From: an archaeon
GTDB lineage: Archaea; Thermoproteota; Nitrososphaeria; Nitrososphaerales; Gagatemarchaeaceae
DNA: 64,000 nucleotides
Direction: 5' to 3'
NCBI GenBank assembly: GCA_021791695.1
Contig: JAJYWC010000005.1
Location: forward strand, 696 to 64,695
This document shows positions 16,994-26,283 of this stretch, piece after piece (position 1 is the stretch's first letter; each line of letters starts with the position of its first letter). The notes beneath the pieces were generated by a model, which was not told the DNA's origin, searched no databases, and saw nothing but the letters and a program-made list of their open reading frames with translations. A program made the position numbers and the translations under genes.

Positions 16994-18592
16994 GTGGGTA
17001 CTTCACCCAAGACGTTTGTCCGTGACGCTACGGGCCTCGTAAGAAGCCTCGGATTCCTCGACCAGTTCCTGATGTCGCAGTCGATCGTCAACCCAGTGCT
17101 TGGGTTCGTGCTCACTGCGTTGTACGCGCCCTACTTCTTCCCTGGAGCGTACCTCCCGCTTGTCTTTGTCCTCGGCTCCATCCCGGCGTTCGCGATGGCC
17201 TACGTCTACGCCATCTTCTCCGCAGGTATGCCTCGTTCGGGCGGGGACTACGTGTGGTCTAGCCGCATCATTGGGCCGGCGTTCGCGGTCGTCCAGATGA
17301 TCATGCTCCTCGCGACCACGATAATCCTGGGCGGGGCCTTCGCGTCCTACGCTGGGATCAGTTTGCTTGCTTCACAGCTGTTCTTCGCTCTCGGGGTCAC
17401 CACGCACAACGCCAGCCTTTTGACGGGCGCGACCAGTCTCACGACTATATCCGTCGGTTACCCTGTAGACATGCTGCTGATCGCGATCTGTACCGGCATC
17501 CTGCTCCTGGGTCTGAAGGGATGGATGTGGGTCCAGAGGGCGAGCTTCGTGCTCTACTACGTCGTGGCTGCGGTCTTCATCGGCCTGCTGGCCTTCATCG
17601 GCACCTCTGAAGGGCCCACCCTGTTCAACAACGCGATGGCGTTCGCAGGCTCGACCGCGACCTATTCGAGCGTCATATCCGGCGCGGGAAGCGGCGGATT
17701 CTCCCTCTCTGGTTTCAACGCTCAGAGCACCGTCCTCGCAGCGATCCCGTGGGGCTTCCTGACCTTCACCGGCTTCAACTACGGGACGTATCTCTCGGGA
17801 GAGACGAAGAGCGTGAAGTCGAACATAACTAAGGCTTTGTTCCTCTCGGCGGGAATCAGCGCAGTCCTGCTCCTCGGAATGAGCCTCCTCGCCTACCACG
17901 ACTTCGGACAAAGCTTCCTGAACGCTGCCAGCTACGACGTTTCTACCGGCGCGTCGCTACCGGCGATACCCACGGTCAGTCTCCTGCTCTCGCTGTACAA
18001 CCCGCTCGTGGCCGTCCTGATCGGCGTGTCCTTCATCGTCGTCGCGCAACTCAACGTCATGGGCGACATCCTCGCCATGTCGAGGCTCTTCTTCGCCGCA
18101 TCGTTCGACAGGGTGCTCCCGACCAAGTTCGCGGACGTAAGCGAGAGGGTCCACACTCCGGTCTTCGCACTCCTGATCATAGGGGTCCTGTGGGCGCTGT
18201 GGGTCAGCGCGCTCTGGTTCGCAGGCTTCGCGAGCACCTTCCTGAACGCGGGCCTGGTCGAGATCTTCGGATACGGCCTCCCGTTCGTGGCCACCGCGTT
18301 GTTCTATTTCATAAAGCCCGACCTCTTCAAGGCCACGGTGGGCGCCATCGCCAAGCCTGGACCCATCATCTTCGCTTCAATCGTGGCGATAGTCTGCTTC
18401 GGCTTCTACGGCGTCGCCGAGCTCTTCCCGATCGCGAGCGGAGTATTCCTGGGCGCCAGCATCGTCTACGCGGTGGGCTTCCTCGCCATACTTGTCGTGA
18501 TCGGCCTCGGCCTCTACGGCCAGGCGGTCTACAGGGCCCGAAGGTCGGGAGTAGACCTCCGTGCGGTCTATGCCGAGATCCCGCCAGAGTAG
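16994..18592 (+). CDS. Amino acid/polyamine/organocation (APC) superfamily permease
   Basis: 532 aa with about 12 predicted TM segments and GMPRSGGDYVWSSRIIGPAF, typical of APC permeases. Confidence 0.75.
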   Translation: MGTSPKTFVRDATGLVRSLGFLDQFLMSQSIVNPVLGFVLTALYAPYFFPGAYLPLVFVLGSIPAFAMAYVYAIFSAGMPRSGGDYVWSSRIIGPAFAVVQMIMLLATTIILGGAFASYAGISLLASQLFFALGVTTHNASLLTGATSLTTISVGYPVDMLLIAICTGILLLGLKGWMWVQRASFVLYYVVAAVFIGLLAFIGTSEGPTLFNNAMAFAGSTATYSSVISGAGSGGFSLSGFNAQSTVLAAIPWGFLTFTGFNYGTYLSGETKSVKSNITKALFLSAGISAVLLLGMSLLAYHDFGQSFLNAASYDVSTGASLPAIPTVSLLLSLYNPLVAVLIGVSFIVVAQLNVMGDILAMSRLFFAASFDRVLPTKFADVSERVHTPVFALLIIGVLWALWVSALWFAGFASTFLNAGLVEIFGYGLPFVATALFYFIKPDLFKATVGAIAKPGPIIFASIVAIVCFGFYGVAELFPIASGVFLGASIVYAVGFLAILVVIGLGLYGQAVYRARRSGVDLRAVYAEIPPE

Positions 18593-18594
18593 TG

Positions 18595-19662
18595 TCAGAC
18601 GCCGTAGTTCTCGCGAAGATACGGGACTATCCCCTGGGCGTAGGCTCCGAAGGTCCTCTCCTGGTCCCTGCTGAGGTTGCAGAGCAGGAACGACGTGGCG
18701 CCGGAATCGAGGAACTGCTCAAGCTTCTTGATGCAGTCTTCCACCGGCCCTACAGCGGTCACGTCCTCTATCACGCGCATCGGGATGCCCGCCCCGAAAT
18801 CCTGGAGCTCGCGGGATAGCGCGACGTCGTTGGCCAGGAGCCGCTGCACCGAGAGCCTCTCAGGGACCTTCATCCCGCTGGTCAGCTCGAGCACGCTCCT
18901 CTCCTGAGTCAGCTGCATCCTGGCGACCGGCTCCACCGTCTTCAGGGAGGCCGACCTGTCGTCGCTGACCTCTGAGTAGAAGGTAACGGTCGCATCTATC
19001 TCCCGGACTTGCCGTCCAGACCTTGCGACCCCCCGGCCCACGTCCTCAAGGTGGGACCTGAGCGAAGCGGGCGACTCTATCACAGGCAGCCAGCCGTCGG
19101 CCTTTTCACCGACCAGTTCCCGCGTCTTCCGCCCAACCGCACCCACGTATATCGGGGGTGGCCTGGCCCCGAATTGCCTTATCTGGAGATACGCCCTTGC
19201 GAGCCTGAAGAACTCACCCTGATAGTCCACGGGCGCAGCCGGGGACGAGCCCCAGAGCAGCTTGATGACATCGATGGCCTCGACGAGCCTCGTGTAGGCC
19301 TTGCCCCACTCGAAGCCGAACGGCTCGAGGTTCATCATCTCCCCCGCGCCTATCCCGAGCATGGCCCTCCCGTGGGTGAGCTGGTCGAGCGTGACGGTCG
19401 CCTGCGCTATCTCCACCGGATGGCGTCTGAGAGGGTCCGTCACAGCGGGCGACAGCCTGCAATTCTTCGTGATGGAGCCGAGGTAGCCGAGAACCATCTG
19501 CGCGTTGGGATAGGTGGCGGCGGAGTTGGGTATCAGGGTGTGGTCGCCGACCGTCACGAGGTCGAAGCCGTTGGAGTCCAGGAACTGGGCGTGCCTCAGG
19601 AGGTCCGGAAGTGAGTATCTCGAGGTGACCAGGTGGCAGCCGAAGTTCCGGAAGCGTCTCAT
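18595..19662 (-). CDS. Luciferase-like (LLM) flavin/F420-dependent oxidoreductase, Mer-like
   Basis: FDLVTVGDHTL, LSPAVTDPLRRHPVEIAQATVTLDQLTHGRAMLGIGAGE and IYVGAVGRKTRELVGEKADGW. The start lies 11 nt downstream of the SelA-like gene stop. Confidence 0.7.
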   Translation of the reverse strand: MRRFRNFGCHLVTSRYSLPDLLRHAQFLDSNGFDLVTVGDHTLIPNSAATYPNAQMVLGYLGSITKNCRLSPAVTDPLRRHPVEIAQATVTLDQLTHGRAMLGIGAGEMMNLEPFGFEWGKAYTRLVEAIDVIKLLWGSSPAAPVDYQGEFFRLARAYLQIRQFGARPPPIYVGAVGRKTRELVGEKADGWLPVIESPASLRSHLEDVGRGVARSGRQVREIDATVTFYSEVSDDRSASLKTVEPVARMQLTQERSVLELTSGMKVPERLSVQRLLANDVALSRELQDFGAGIPMRVIEDVTAVGPVEDCIKKLEQFLDSGATSFLLCNLSRDQERTFGAYAQGIVPYLRENYGV

Positions 19663-19673
19663 CCCTGAGCCCT

Positions 19674-20933
19674 CTAGACTGAGGATACCGCTTCCTTGAC
19701 CCGCTGGACGATGATGCTTACGTCTTCGTCCGAAAGGTTGAACGGGTTGACCTGGAGCGTCATCTCTTCGAGCCGGCCGTCGTCGAGATACACGGGAGGG
19801 TCCTTTGACTTTAGGTACCTGTCTATCCTGGTCATGTAGTCCTGCCCGCGGGCCCTTGTGAAGAACACTCTCGCGAGCGGGATGCTCCCCGAGGGAGACG
19901 CCGCGAGAACTGCCTCGACGCCCTCCACACCCTTCAGGCCCTCGACCACCGCCCGGGCCTTCGTCTCGAGCTTGCTCCTCTCCTGTTCTTCATCGGCGTT
20001 GGCGAAGAGCTCGAGCGCGGTCAGGAGTCCGACTATCTCCTCCTTCCCAGCCTTGAACCCCCTGCCTATTCCGTGCCTCGGGATTCCCCTGAGCCTCGAT
20101 TTGTCGATCAGGCTCGGTGGCGGGTTCCAGAGCTCGAACCTGCAGTCCATGTCCAACTGCTGAAGGACTGCGCCCATGACGAGCTCTCTCGTCCCGCAGA
20201 GGATCCCGGATGCCTGGGGACCCCTGAGGGCCTTCCCGCCGCTGAAGGTCACCGCGCTCGCGCCCTGCGCGATGAAACTCCGCAGGTTCGAAGCGGGAGG
20301 GAGCTCCGCGGCGGCGTCGACTATCACCGGGACGTCGTGGTCCTTCGCGACCTTGATGACCTCCGAGAGTGCCGGTGTGCTCGTCGGCCTGGCGAAGTAG
20401 GCGATGGCGGCTGTCCTCTCCGTGATGGCCGCCTCGTACTCCCAGCCCTCGACGGTCCGCGAGCCTACCCCCAGACCGCGTTCGTTGAGCCCGGCCTCAA
20501 CCAGCTTCACCCCCGCCGCGCGGATCGCGTGGTCGTAGGGGTTGCGATGGTGCCTGGCGATGACCACCTCGTTCTTCACCCCCGAGGTTTCGGGGAGTTT
20601 CTCCATCTTGACGATGTCCAGGCCGGTGACGCAGGACGCCGTCGCGAGGGTCAGGCCCGCGGCCGCCCCGGTCGTGACCAGTCCAGCCTCGGCGCCTGTG
20701 TACCTGGCGATGGTGTCGCTCGCGTTCGCCTGCAGGTGTTCCATGTCTACAAGGCTCCGCGAAGCCTCGGCCATCGCCTCGACCACCTGGGGCGGCATGA
20801 TAGAACCCGAGAGCCTCGTCTTCGGGCCCGCGGCGCTGACAATCCTCCTTACCCCTCGCCTCTCGTATACGTTCAAACCGGCGGCAGAACGGGCGCTCGG
20901 GATGATAAGTGTGCCTGCCCGGCGCGGGCGCAC
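19674..20933 (-). CDS. SelA-like PLP-dependent enzyme (L-seryl-tRNA(Sec) selenium transferase / DgaE-related family)
   Basis: LNVYERRGVRRIVSAAGPKTRLSGSIMPPQVVEAM and the PLP-lysine context FSGGKALRGPQASGILCG. An alternative TTG start at 20876 has a TATA-like box about 29 nt upstream. Confidence 0.7.
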   Translation of the reverse strand: MRPRRAGTLIIPSARSAAGLNVYERRGVRRIVSAAGPKTRLSGSIMPPQVVEAMAEASRSLVDMEHLQANASDTIARYTGAEAGLVTTGAAAGLTLATASCVTGLDIVKMEKLPETSGVKNEVVIARHHRNPYDHAIRAAGVKLVEAGLNERGLGVGSRTVEGWEYEAAITERTAAIAYFARPTSTPALSEVIKVAKDHDVPVIVDAAAELPPASNLRSFIAQGASAVTFSGGKALRGPQASGILCGTRELVMGAVLQQLDMDCRFELWNPPPSLIDKSRLRGIPRHGIGRGFKAGKEEIVGLLTALELFANADEEQERSKLETKARAVVEGLKGVEGVEAVLAASPSGSIPLARVFFTRARGQDYMTRIDRYLKSKDPPVYLDDGRLEEMTLQVNPFNLSDEDVSIIVQRVKEAVSSV

Positions 20934-20980
20934 CGCACAATACTTTTAAGAGGAGTTTGGGGCTGCGAGACCCGGATTTC

Positions 20981-22225
20981 TTGGCGAAGAAGAGCAAGCT
21001 TGCTGCCGAAGGCGGTAACCCTGTGAGGAGCGGACCTATTCCGATAATGCACCCGGGAGCCGGATACATAGGAAAGGAGGAGATCGACGCGGTTACCGAG
21101 GTCCTCAAGGCCAAGTCGATGTACCGCTTCTACGGGCCGCATTTCCTCAACATCACGGGACAGTTCGAGAAGGAGCTGACCCGGTACTTCGGGAAGAAGA
21201 ACGCACTCGCGGTCTCCTCGGGCACGGCGGCACTGCACACGGCGCTGGTCGGGCTTGGCGTCGGGCAGGGAGACGAGGTAATCATACCGACCTACGCCTG
21301 GGTGTCGTGCCCCGACGCGGTCGTCGCTGCCAGAGGCACGCCGGTGCTGGCGAACGTCGATGACAGCCTCACTCTAGACCCCTCGGACGTGGAGAGCAAG
21401 ATCACGAGCCGGACGAAGGCGATCATGGCCGTGCACATCAGGGGCACACCGTGCAACCTCGACGCGCTCTCCAAGATAGCCGACGACTATGGAATAGCGC
21501 TACTGGAGGATGTGGCGCAGGCGTTCGGCGGCAGCTATCACGGCAGGAAGCTGGGGACCTACGGGAAGGTGGCGTCTCTCAGTTTCCAGCTGAACAAGAT
21601 GATATCGGCGGGTGAAGGCGGGGCGATCATTACCGACGACAGGCAGATCTACGAGCGCTGCGTCATGTTCCACGACGTGGGCACCCCCTACAGGTCGTGG
21701 GAGGACAAGAGCCTGAAGTTCGAGGCGGAGCCGTTCCCGGGAGTCAACTACAGGATGAACGAGGTCTCGGCGGCTATCCTGCGCGAGCAGATGAAGAAGG
21801 TCGACTGGATCATCAAGGACATCAAGAGGAACAAGGCCCGCGTAAAGAAGGGCATATCCGACATCGACGGGATCACTTTCAGAAGGCTCAACGACCCAGC
21901 CGGAGAGGCCGGCATCTCGCTCGTCTTCTTCACGAAGACCCCCGAACAGGCGATCAAGTTCAAGAAGGACCTGCGGGCCGAGAACATCTGGACGACGAGC
22001 GGCTCCTACCCTGCGGTGGTCTACGACCCCATGACCAACGACGGTCACGTATTCATGCACTGGAGCCAGGTCTTCAAGGGGATAGACCGCGTCAAGAAGA
22101 GGTACTCCCAGAGCATAGACCTGATGAGCAGGGCGGTGCATCTTGACATTAGCCCTCTTCTCACCGAGAAGGACATCGACGACATAGTCGAGGCCGTGCA
22201 CAAGGTCGCCGCGGCCGTCCTCTAG
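20981..22225 (+). CDS. DegT/DnrJ/EryC1/StrS-family PLP aminotransferase (keto-sugar or inosose aminotransferase-like)
   Basis: GKKNALAVSSGTAALHTALVGLGVGQGDEVIIPTYAWVSCPDAV and the lysine context SFQLNKMISAGEGGAIITDD. Track ORF starts at 20909; TTG 20981 is preferred (TATA-like ACTTTTAAG about 31 nt upstream, and no overlap with the divergent gene). Confidence 0.75.
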   Translation: MAKKSKLAAEGGNPVRSGPIPIMHPGAGYIGKEEIDAVTEVLKAKSMYRFYGPHFLNITGQFEKELTRYFGKKNALAVSSGTAALHTALVGLGVGQGDEVIIPTYAWVSCPDAVVAARGTPVLANVDDSLTLDPSDVESKITSRTKAIMAVHIRGTPCNLDALSKIADDYGIALLEDVAQAFGGSYHGRKLGTYGKVASLSFQLNKMISAGEGGAIITDDRQIYERCVMFHDVGTPYRSWEDKSLKFEAEPFPGVNYRMNEVSAAILREQMKKVDWIIKDIKRNKARVKKGISDIDGITFRRLNDPAGEAGISLVFFTKTPEQAIKFKKDLRAENIWTTSGSYPAVVYDPMTNDGHVFMHWSQVFKGIDRVKKRYSQSIDLMSRAVHLDISPLLTEKDIDDIVEAVHKVAAAVL

Positions 22226-22248
22226 CCCGGATAGCCTTCGACGCGACC

Positions 22249-22258
22249 AATTATATAA
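22249..22258 (+). promoter_or_regulatory. TATA box upstream of the ThDP-enzyme ATG (22281)
   Basis: AATTATATAA, centred about 27 nt upstream of the ATG. Confidence 0.5.
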
Positions 22259-22280
22259 CGCGAGAGGCCGAGCGTGGCTG

Positions 22281-24020
22281 ATGGCGCGTAATCGCAACGG
22301 CGCTGAGTTCACGGTCGAGTTTTTCAGGAAGGCCGGCGTGAGACATTTCTTCGGCATCCCGGGCCATGGCAACATATCCGTCTTCGACGCGGTAAAGGAG
22401 TCGGAGTCCATCCGGCTCATCCCCCCGAAGCACGAGCAGTGGGGAGGCCATATGGCCGACGGCTACTTCAGGGCTAACAGGAGGGTACCTGCTCTCGTCA
22501 GCACGTCGGTCGGCCCGGGCGCGACGAACCTCGCCACCGCGCTCGCGACAGCGTACGTCGACTCCTCGACCTTCATAGCGATCACCGGCGACGTGCAGAC
22601 CTACCTCTTCGGGATGGGCATATTCCAGGAGATAGACAGGAAGAACTGGGTGGACTACGTAAACGGAATCGGGCATTTCGCCAAGAGGACGTGGCAGATC
22701 ACCAACACCGCGCAGCTGCCGAGGGTGCTCCCGAATGCCTTCAAGCAGGCGGTCTCGGGGAGGCCCGGACCTGTGGTCCTCGACCTGCCGATGGACATCC
22801 AGGTCGAGAAGGTCGCAGGCGCGGTTCCCGACGCCAACCGTTACCTGCCCGCCGGGCGGGTGTACCCGGACAGGTCCGAGGTCATCAGGGCGGCCAAGCT
22901 TTTGCTCATGGCGGAGAGACCCCTGATACTGATAGGAGGAGGAGTCACCATGTCAGGCGCGACGGAGCAGCTGACGTCGGTAGCAGAATTCATCGGTGCG
23001 CCAGTCGTTGCCTCGTTCAGGGGCGACGCCAAGGGGGGCTTTTCATCCGAACACGAGCTGTGGGGCTTCCATCCTGGCAATGTGGGCAGCTCGGTCTCGA
23101 ACAAGCTCACCAGAGAGGCGGACGTGCTCCTGGCGATCGGGACCACGTTCAGCGACGAGACGACCAGCTCCTACAGGGACGGGACGACCTTCAGCATCCC
23201 GCCGACCAAAGTGATACAGGTCGACATCGACCCGGCCGAGATAGCGAAGAACTATCCGGTCGAGGTCGGCATTGTCTCGGACGCGAGGGCCGCCCTCGAA
23301 GTGCTCGCCGATGTGCTCTCGCAGCTCAGCCAGAAGAGAGACTACAGGAAGAGCGCATGGTTTTCGCGCCTAAAGGAACTGAAGGAGGAATGGAACGGGG
23401 AGCTGAAGAAGCTCTGGGCCGGCGCTCCGATGGGGATTCCGAGCGTCGTGAAGATGATGGGCGACGTTCTCCCGAAGGAGAGCGTAATCTCTGTAAGCGC
23501 GGGGCTGCCGCAGGAGATACTCTCGCAGCAGTGGATGAGCACCCTTCCGGGGACGTACCTCAGCTCCGGCGGTTACTCTACGATGGGATTTGCTCTCCCC
23601 GCAGCCATGGGTGCAAAGCTCGCCAAGCCCGGCAGCACGGTCGTCGCCGTCGAGGGAGACGGATCTTTCCTCATGAACAACGTCGAGCTCTCGACCGCCG
23701 TCGAGTGCAGGATCCCTGTCGTCGTAGTCATACTGAACAACTACGGCTGGGTCTCGATCAGGGACCTCCAGATACGCGGCCTCAAGAGAAGGACCTTCGG
23801 GACGGAGTTCAAGAAGCTCGCGGACTTTGAGAAGGTCGTGACGGCGTACGGGGCTGACTACCGCAGGGCCGAGGACCCATCATCATTCCGTCGGGCGCTG
23901 AGAGAGGCGGTCAAATCCCGCTCGGTCTCGGTGGTCGACACCATCGTCGACAGACGCTTCCCCAAGAGTGGCACCAGCTCGTACGGATACTGGGACATAC
24001 CCACTCCCTACAGGGATTGA
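22281..24020 (+). CDS. Thiamine-diphosphate enzyme of the acetolactate-synthase superfamily, IolD-like (candidate trihydroxycyclohexane-1,2-dione acylhydrolase)
   Basis: FGIPGHGNISVFDAV and LVSTSVGPGATNLATAL resemble the FGHGNV and STSVGPGAANL motifs of B. subtilis IolD (recalled) rather than the FGYPGG/ATSGPGATN motifs of ALS. ThDP motif VAVEGDGSFLMNNVELST. Followed after 1 nt by an IolG-like gene. Confidence 0.65.
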   Translation: MARNRNGAEFTVEFFRKAGVRHFFGIPGHGNISVFDAVKESESIRLIPPKHEQWGGHMADGYFRANRRVPALVSTSVGPGATNLATALATAYVDSSTFIAITGDVQTYLFGMGIFQEIDRKNWVDYVNGIGHFAKRTWQITNTAQLPRVLPNAFKQAVSGRPGPVVLDLPMDIQVEKVAGAVPDANRYLPAGRVYPDRSEVIRAAKLLLMAERPLILIGGGVTMSGATEQLTSVAEFIGAPVVASFRGDAKGGFSSEHELWGFHPGNVGSSVSNKLTREADVLLAIGTTFSDETTSSYRDGTTFSIPPTKVIQVDIDPAEIAKNYPVEVGIVSDARAALEVLADVLSQLSQKRDYRKSAWFSRLKELKEEWNGELKKLWAGAPMGIPSVVKMMGDVLPKESVISVSAGLPQEILSQQWMSTLPGTYLSSGGYSTMGFALPAAMGAKLAKPGSTVVAVEGDGSFLMNNVELSTAVECRIPVVVVILNNYGWVSIRDLQIRGLKRRTFGTEFKKLADFEKVVTAYGADYRRAEDPSSFRRALREAVKSRSVSVVDTIVDRRFPKSGTSSYGYWDIPTPYRD

Positions 24021-24021
24021 G

Positions 24022-25041
24022 ATGACCAAGACAATCGGGGTCGGAGTAGTCGGGATCGGCGCGATCGGAAAGCTCCACGCGGAGAACTACGTCTCCAAGG
24101 TTCCGGGTGCCCGCCTCGCCGGAATAGCTGACGTCAACCTTCCCGCGGCGAACGAGCTGGCGTCCAGGCTGGGCGTGAGCGCGGTCTATGCGGACTATCA
24201 CCAGCTACTGAACGACCCCTCAGTAGACGCGATAGTGGTTGCGACCCCTCCCTTCCTCAAGAAGGACATCACCCTGGCCGCAGCCGACAGGCACAAGCAC
24301 GTCTTCTGCGAGAAACCGATGACGCTATCGCTGAAGGAGGCCGATGAGATGATATCGGCGGTGAGGCGGTCCGGAATCGCCTTCCAGGTCGGGTACCAGA
24401 AGCGGTCCGATGTCTCGTTCATGCGGGCGAAGAGCGAGATCGCAGAGGGGAGGGTCGGAAAGATCCTGCTGATCAGGGCGCACAACAGGGACCCACCCAC
24501 GACGGTGGCCGGGTGGTCCGCCGACCCCAAGAGGAGCGGCTCGGTCTTCCTCGACACCTGCAGCCATGACTTCGACGCCCTCCGCTATCTGAGCGGCAGC
24601 GAGGTGACTCGCGTCTCGGCCGACGGCAACGCCATGATGTACGAGGAGCTCAGGAAGAACGGCGATTACGATACGGTCGTCGTGAACCTCCGGCTGGCGA
24701 GCGGGGCGATGGCACAGGTCGACGCTTGCGGCTACACCCCATACGGCTTCGACTCGGGGTCGGAGGTGGTCGGCACGGGAGGAGGGATAATCATCGGGAT
24801 GGGCGAGAAGACCTTCACGCACCTTTACGGGAAGGAAGGGATGAGCAACGAGAGGCACGATTACTGGGGCTCGCGGTGGGCGCAGGCCTACCGAGACGAG
24901 ATGGCCGCTTTCGTCAGCTGCATCAACGAGGGGGGAGTCCCGCGGGCGACCATCCAGGACGGAAGGGCGGCGATGGAGATAGGCCTAGCAGCCTGGAACT
25001 CGGTAAAGTCGGGGGCGCCCGTAGGCCTGCCTCTTTCCTAG
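24022..25041 (+). CDS. Gfo/Idh/MocA oxidoreductase, inositol 2-dehydrogenase (IolG)-like
   Basis: MTKTIGVGVVGIGAIGKLHAENY, HVFCEKPMTLS and AFQVGYQKRSD parallel B. subtilis IolG (IGVIGTGAIGKEH, VFCEKPLA, QVGFMRRYD; recalled). Start refined to ATG 24022 within track ORF 23968..25041. Confidence 0.8.
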   Translation: MTKTIGVGVVGIGAIGKLHAENYVSKVPGARLAGIADVNLPAANELASRLGVSAVYADYHQLLNDPSVDAIVVATPPFLKKDITLAAADRHKHVFCEKPMTLSLKEADEMISAVRRSGIAFQVGYQKRSDVSFMRAKSEIAEGRVGKILLIRAHNRDPPTTVAGWSADPKRSGSVFLDTCSHDFDALRYLSGSEVTRVSADGNAMMYEELRKNGDYDTVVVNLRLASGAMAQVDACGYTPYGFDSGSEVVGTGGGIIIGMGEKTFTHLYGKEGMSNERHDYWGSRWAQAYRDEMAAFVSCINEGGVPRATIQDGRAAMEIGLAAWNSVKSGAPVGLPLS

Positions 25042-26195
25042 GACTTCATCCGGCCCACGACGACCTTCATGGAATCCGTGCCCATCGAGGTCTCCATCGC
25101 CTCGGTCGCATCCTCCTGACCGAAGACGTGCGTGACCATCTTCTGGAATGGGATGATCGACGCGTAAGCGTCCATCATCTTGAGGGCCCTGCCGTACGCC
25201 TGGTAGGGCATCCCTGATACGCCGATTATACGGGCGTTCTTCGCCAGTATCTGTCTCGAGGCGGAGATCTTCGTGGGCTCCTTCTCCGAGTAGGCTCCCT
25301 CCACGAGGTATGTCCCGCCGTTGCGCATCATGTCCAGCCCCTCGGAGAGGATGTGCGGGAATCCGGTACACTCCACGACCACGTCCGCTCCTATCCCTCC
25401 GGTCCTCGAAAGGACGTCCTCGACCCTGTCCCTCTCCTCTGTCTCCTCCTCTATGTTGATGGTCTCGGCGCCGCAGAGCGCCTTGGCCATCTCCAGGCGG
25501 TAGCTAGACCTGTCTATCGCGATTATCTTCGAGGCTCCCAACATCCTGGCCATCAGGGCGTTGCACATCCCGAGCGGACCCACGCCCTGGACGACCACCG
25601 TGTCGGCTGGCGCATACCCCTCCTTGGCGTTGGGGTACTGGAAGGCTCTCCCGAACGAGCCGTAGGCGACCGCCATCTGCTCCGTGAGCGCGGCCGTCTC
25701 GTTGGACATGCGCTCCGGGACCCTGAACATGTAGGTCCCGGGTAAGACGAACATCTTCTCGGCGAACCCTCCGAACAGGTGCGGCGGGTCCTTCGAGCTC
25801 ATCACGTCGCCGTAGCTCCTGTGGTTGAGGCACCACGGGAATCCGTAGATGTTCTTGCAGTAGTAGCACTGTCCGCAGACGATGTCTGCTGAGATGACCA
25901 CCCTCTCACCCACCTCGAGCGGCTCGCCTTCGGTCGCCATCTCAACGGCCGCTATCGAGCCGACGTCCTCTATCACGCCCACGTTCTCGTGCCCCAGGAT
26001 TATCGGGAGCTTCACGACGTCCCCGGGAAGGCCCAGGCGTATCTCTCCGGCCTTGAAGACGTGCTTGTCCGTCCCGCACACCGCAGAGCCTACCATCCTG
26101 ACCAGGGCCTCCCTCTCCCCCACCTTGGGAGTGGGGAACCTCTCGATTCTGATCTTCTTGGGAGCATACAGGACCGGCGCGATCACTTTGTCCAA
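25038..26195 (-). CDS. Zn-dependent MDR dehydrogenase, long subfamily (385 aa)
   Basis: AVCGTDKH, ILGHENVG, CGQCYYCK and VVVQGVGPLG. Shares SKDPPHLFGGFAEKMF with 27433..28605. TTG start. Confidence 0.8.
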   Translation of the reverse strand: MDKVIAPVLYAPKKIRIERFPTPKVGEREALVRMVGSAVCGTDKHVFKAGEIRLGLPGDVVKLPIILGHENVGVIEDVGSIAAVEMATEGEPLEVGERVVISADIVCGQCYYCKNIYGFPWCLNHRSYGDVMSSKDPPHLFGGFAEKMFVLPGTYMFRVPERMSNETAALTEQMAVAYGSFGRAFQYPNAKEGYAPADTVVVQGVGPLGMCNALMARMLGASKIIAIDRSSYRLEMAKALCGAETINIEEETEERDRVEDVLSRTGGIGADVVVECTGFPHILSEGLDMMRNGGTYLVEGAYSEKEPTKISASRQILAKNARIIGVSGMPYQAYGRALKMMDAYASIIPFQKMVTHVFGQEDATEAMETSMGTDSMKVVVGRMKS

Positions 26196-26252
26196 AGCAC
26201 CGCGGCCGCGGGCCGTCGACTAAAGAACCTTAGCCGGGCTGGGGCGACGAAT

Positions 26253-26262
26253 CCTTTTATCG
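26253..26262 (+). promoter_or_regulatory. TATA-like box upstream of ATG 26284
   Basis: CCTTTTATCG, centred about 26 nt upstream of the ATG. A mirror TATA-like box (TTCTTTAG on the minus strand) precedes the divergent TTG at 26195. Confidence 0.4.
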
Positions 26263-26283
26263 CCTTCGGCGAGAAGCGGGTCC

